This document shows, piece by piece, positions 62,231-64,000 of a stretch of DNA of 64,000 bases (its first letter is position 1; the number at the start of each line of letters is the position of its first letter). Source of the stretch: Octopus sinensis (lineage: Eukaryota); contig NC_043023.1 of assembly GCF_006345805.1 (NCBI RefSeq), positions 3,286,001-3,350,000 of the forward strand, in the 5' to 3' direction. Made by a program: the position numbers and the translations under genes. The notes beneath the pieces are model-generated. The model saw only the letters and a list, made by a program, of their open reading frames with translations. It made no database searches and was not told the origin of the DNA.

Positions 62231-62403
62231 TTGGCGGAGGTGACCTTGTGTCAGGTGATGAGAAGCTCAAGTGTGACAGAGGGATAGAAACAGTTGTAGA
62301 GGGGATAAATGGTTACCAGTCAGTAGATTGAGTCTTCTACTCTAGCAGATACGGTAATTAGTTATGTGTTATTGGTCGTTAATTAAGTTCGTTATCGTTT
62401 CAG

Positions 62404-62495
62404 GACTGCTCAACCGCCGTGTGGAGGACATCTCCAAGCAGATGGAACTCCAGAGGAAGGAGCAAGAAAGGAACTACAGACTGGTCTTTAACTGA
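62404..62495 (+). CDS. NUP62: Nucleoporin p62, coding exon 9 (stop)
   Basis: (G)LLNRRVEDISKQMELQRKEQERNYRLVFN*. Total CDS 1341 nt = 446 aa plus stop. Confidence 0.97.
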
Positions 62496-62619
62496 ACGAC
62501 CCCATCAAACATTGCAGGGCGATTGGAGGGACATGCCCTGTTGTTTTTCTCACACCTCCATCCATCTATCCATCCATTCCGAACATCAATACTATCCATT
62601 TTGACAAAATCCCATCCAG

Positions 62620-63660
62620 CAATGGAACATTACACACATCTAGTTACTGCTTCCCGGAGCAGTTCCTACCCCCTAAAACATACAGACATACAGAATATCT
62701 ATATGGAAATGTGGTGGGAGAACTGAGCCCAATGAAGCCCCACTCCCTACATTACACAGACCTACAAAATAATCATCTGGGAATGAGAGGGGACAGTGTT
62801 CAGGGTAGTCCTTACCCCCTACAACACATATATACTTAAAGACTAACCATCTGGGAATGAGTCGGGTGGGGGACAAAGCCCAATGCAGTCCCTGTCCCCT
62901 ACAACATACAGAATAACCATATGGAAATGTAGAAGGACCTGAGCCCAAAGAAGCTCCTACTCCCTACATTACACAGGATAACCATCTGGGAATGAAGGGG
63001 TGGGTACACTGCCAGAGCAGTCACACCCCCTACAACACGCATACATACAGAATAATCATCAAGGAGTGATGGGGACACTGCCCAGAGAGTCCCTGTCCCC
63101 TACAACACATATACACACAGAATGCCCAAAATAGTCTTCCTCCCTCCTTCTACAATACATATACATACAGAATAACCCTCTGGTAATGAAGGTGGACATG
63201 GCCCAAACAGCCCCTACTCCCTACAGCTCATATACATACAAACTAACCTTCATGGGATGAGGTGGAACAGAACCCAGAGTAGTCCCTACCCCTTACAACA
63301 CACATAGATACTGATTAACCATCTGGGAGTGAAGGGGAACACTGCCCAGAGCAGTCCCACCCCCTAGAACACACACAGAATAATCATCGGGGAATAAGGG
63401 GGTAACAGAGCCCAGAGCAGTCCCTACCCCCTACTACACATATACATACAAAATAACCTGAGAATGAAGTGGGGAGCCCAGAGCCCTATCCCCTACAACT
63501 CATATATATACAGACTAACTCTCTGGGAATGAACAGGGCATAGGGACCTGAGCAGTCTGCCCTCTACAACAGATATACACACAAAATAACCACCAGAGAA
63601 TTAGGTGGGGACAATGTCCAGAACAGTCCATATTTTGGGGGCTGATTGATAACCCAGACC
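62620..63660. repeat. Degenerate about 60-bp minisatellite just 3' of the NUP62 stop
   Basis: About 17 copies of cccctacaacacatatacatacagaataaccatctgggaatga... Confidence 0.85.
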
Positions 63661-64000
63661 AGTCACTGCCTTGTCCTAGAATACAGACTTACAGATTGAC
63701 CCTTATCTCCTTCTTCTTTGACTGAAAGAGAAGCACCTTAAGTTGTATTTTGGGGGCAATTTTTTTTCCTTTTGGTGGGGGGGGAGGGTTTTTTTAAAAA
63801 TAAAAAATAAAAGAATTGTTAAAGTTCCCTATTGTTTGGATTCTTTTCTTTCTCCCTCTTTTTTTTTGCAGAAATTGAAGAAAAACAACAACAAATATCT
63901 TACAAACTATAGAATTTAGTACCAGTTATAAGGAATCCACTCGTGGGATTCAACGCGTTAGAAAGAACAGCTAGGTTCTATAACCACAAAATTAGGGATA

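Noticed and set aside
700-63660. CRISPR-like appearance of the regular repeats
   Set aside because: Eukaryotic DNA, units lack unique spacers, and there are no cas genes.

Overview
Repeat-dense eukaryotic genomic window. The SINE, LINE and microsatellite content looks cephalopod (Octopus-like); that assignment is inference. It has one 100-N gap (21420-21519) and three genes. (1) NUP62 on +: nine coding exons 43296-62495, 446 aa, frame-consistent GT-AG splicing. (2) MRPS21 on -: two coding exons 36386-32700, 87 aa, head-to-head with NUP62 across a probable bidirectional promoter near 38.3 kb. (3) An unnamed minus-strand gene at about 1.6-21.4 kb for a small type I membrane protein (signal peptide, 39-nt mini-exon, 249-nt Ig-like exon, TM/tail exon). 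Tandem duplication left this third gene with five copies of the mini-exon and two copies of the Ig-like exon, all splice phase 1-1. The exon copies differ far more than the flanking introns, mostly by amino-acid changes, which suggests a diversifying, possibly alternatively spliced recognition receptor. This is the main candidate novel system. The window also holds hammerhead-ribozyme-like motifs in NUP62 introns, MITEs with 6-bp target-site duplications (TSDs), RTE, CR1-like and R4/Dong LINE remnants, foldback elements and many tandem repeats. Repeat boundaries are approximate and difference counts were made by hand.
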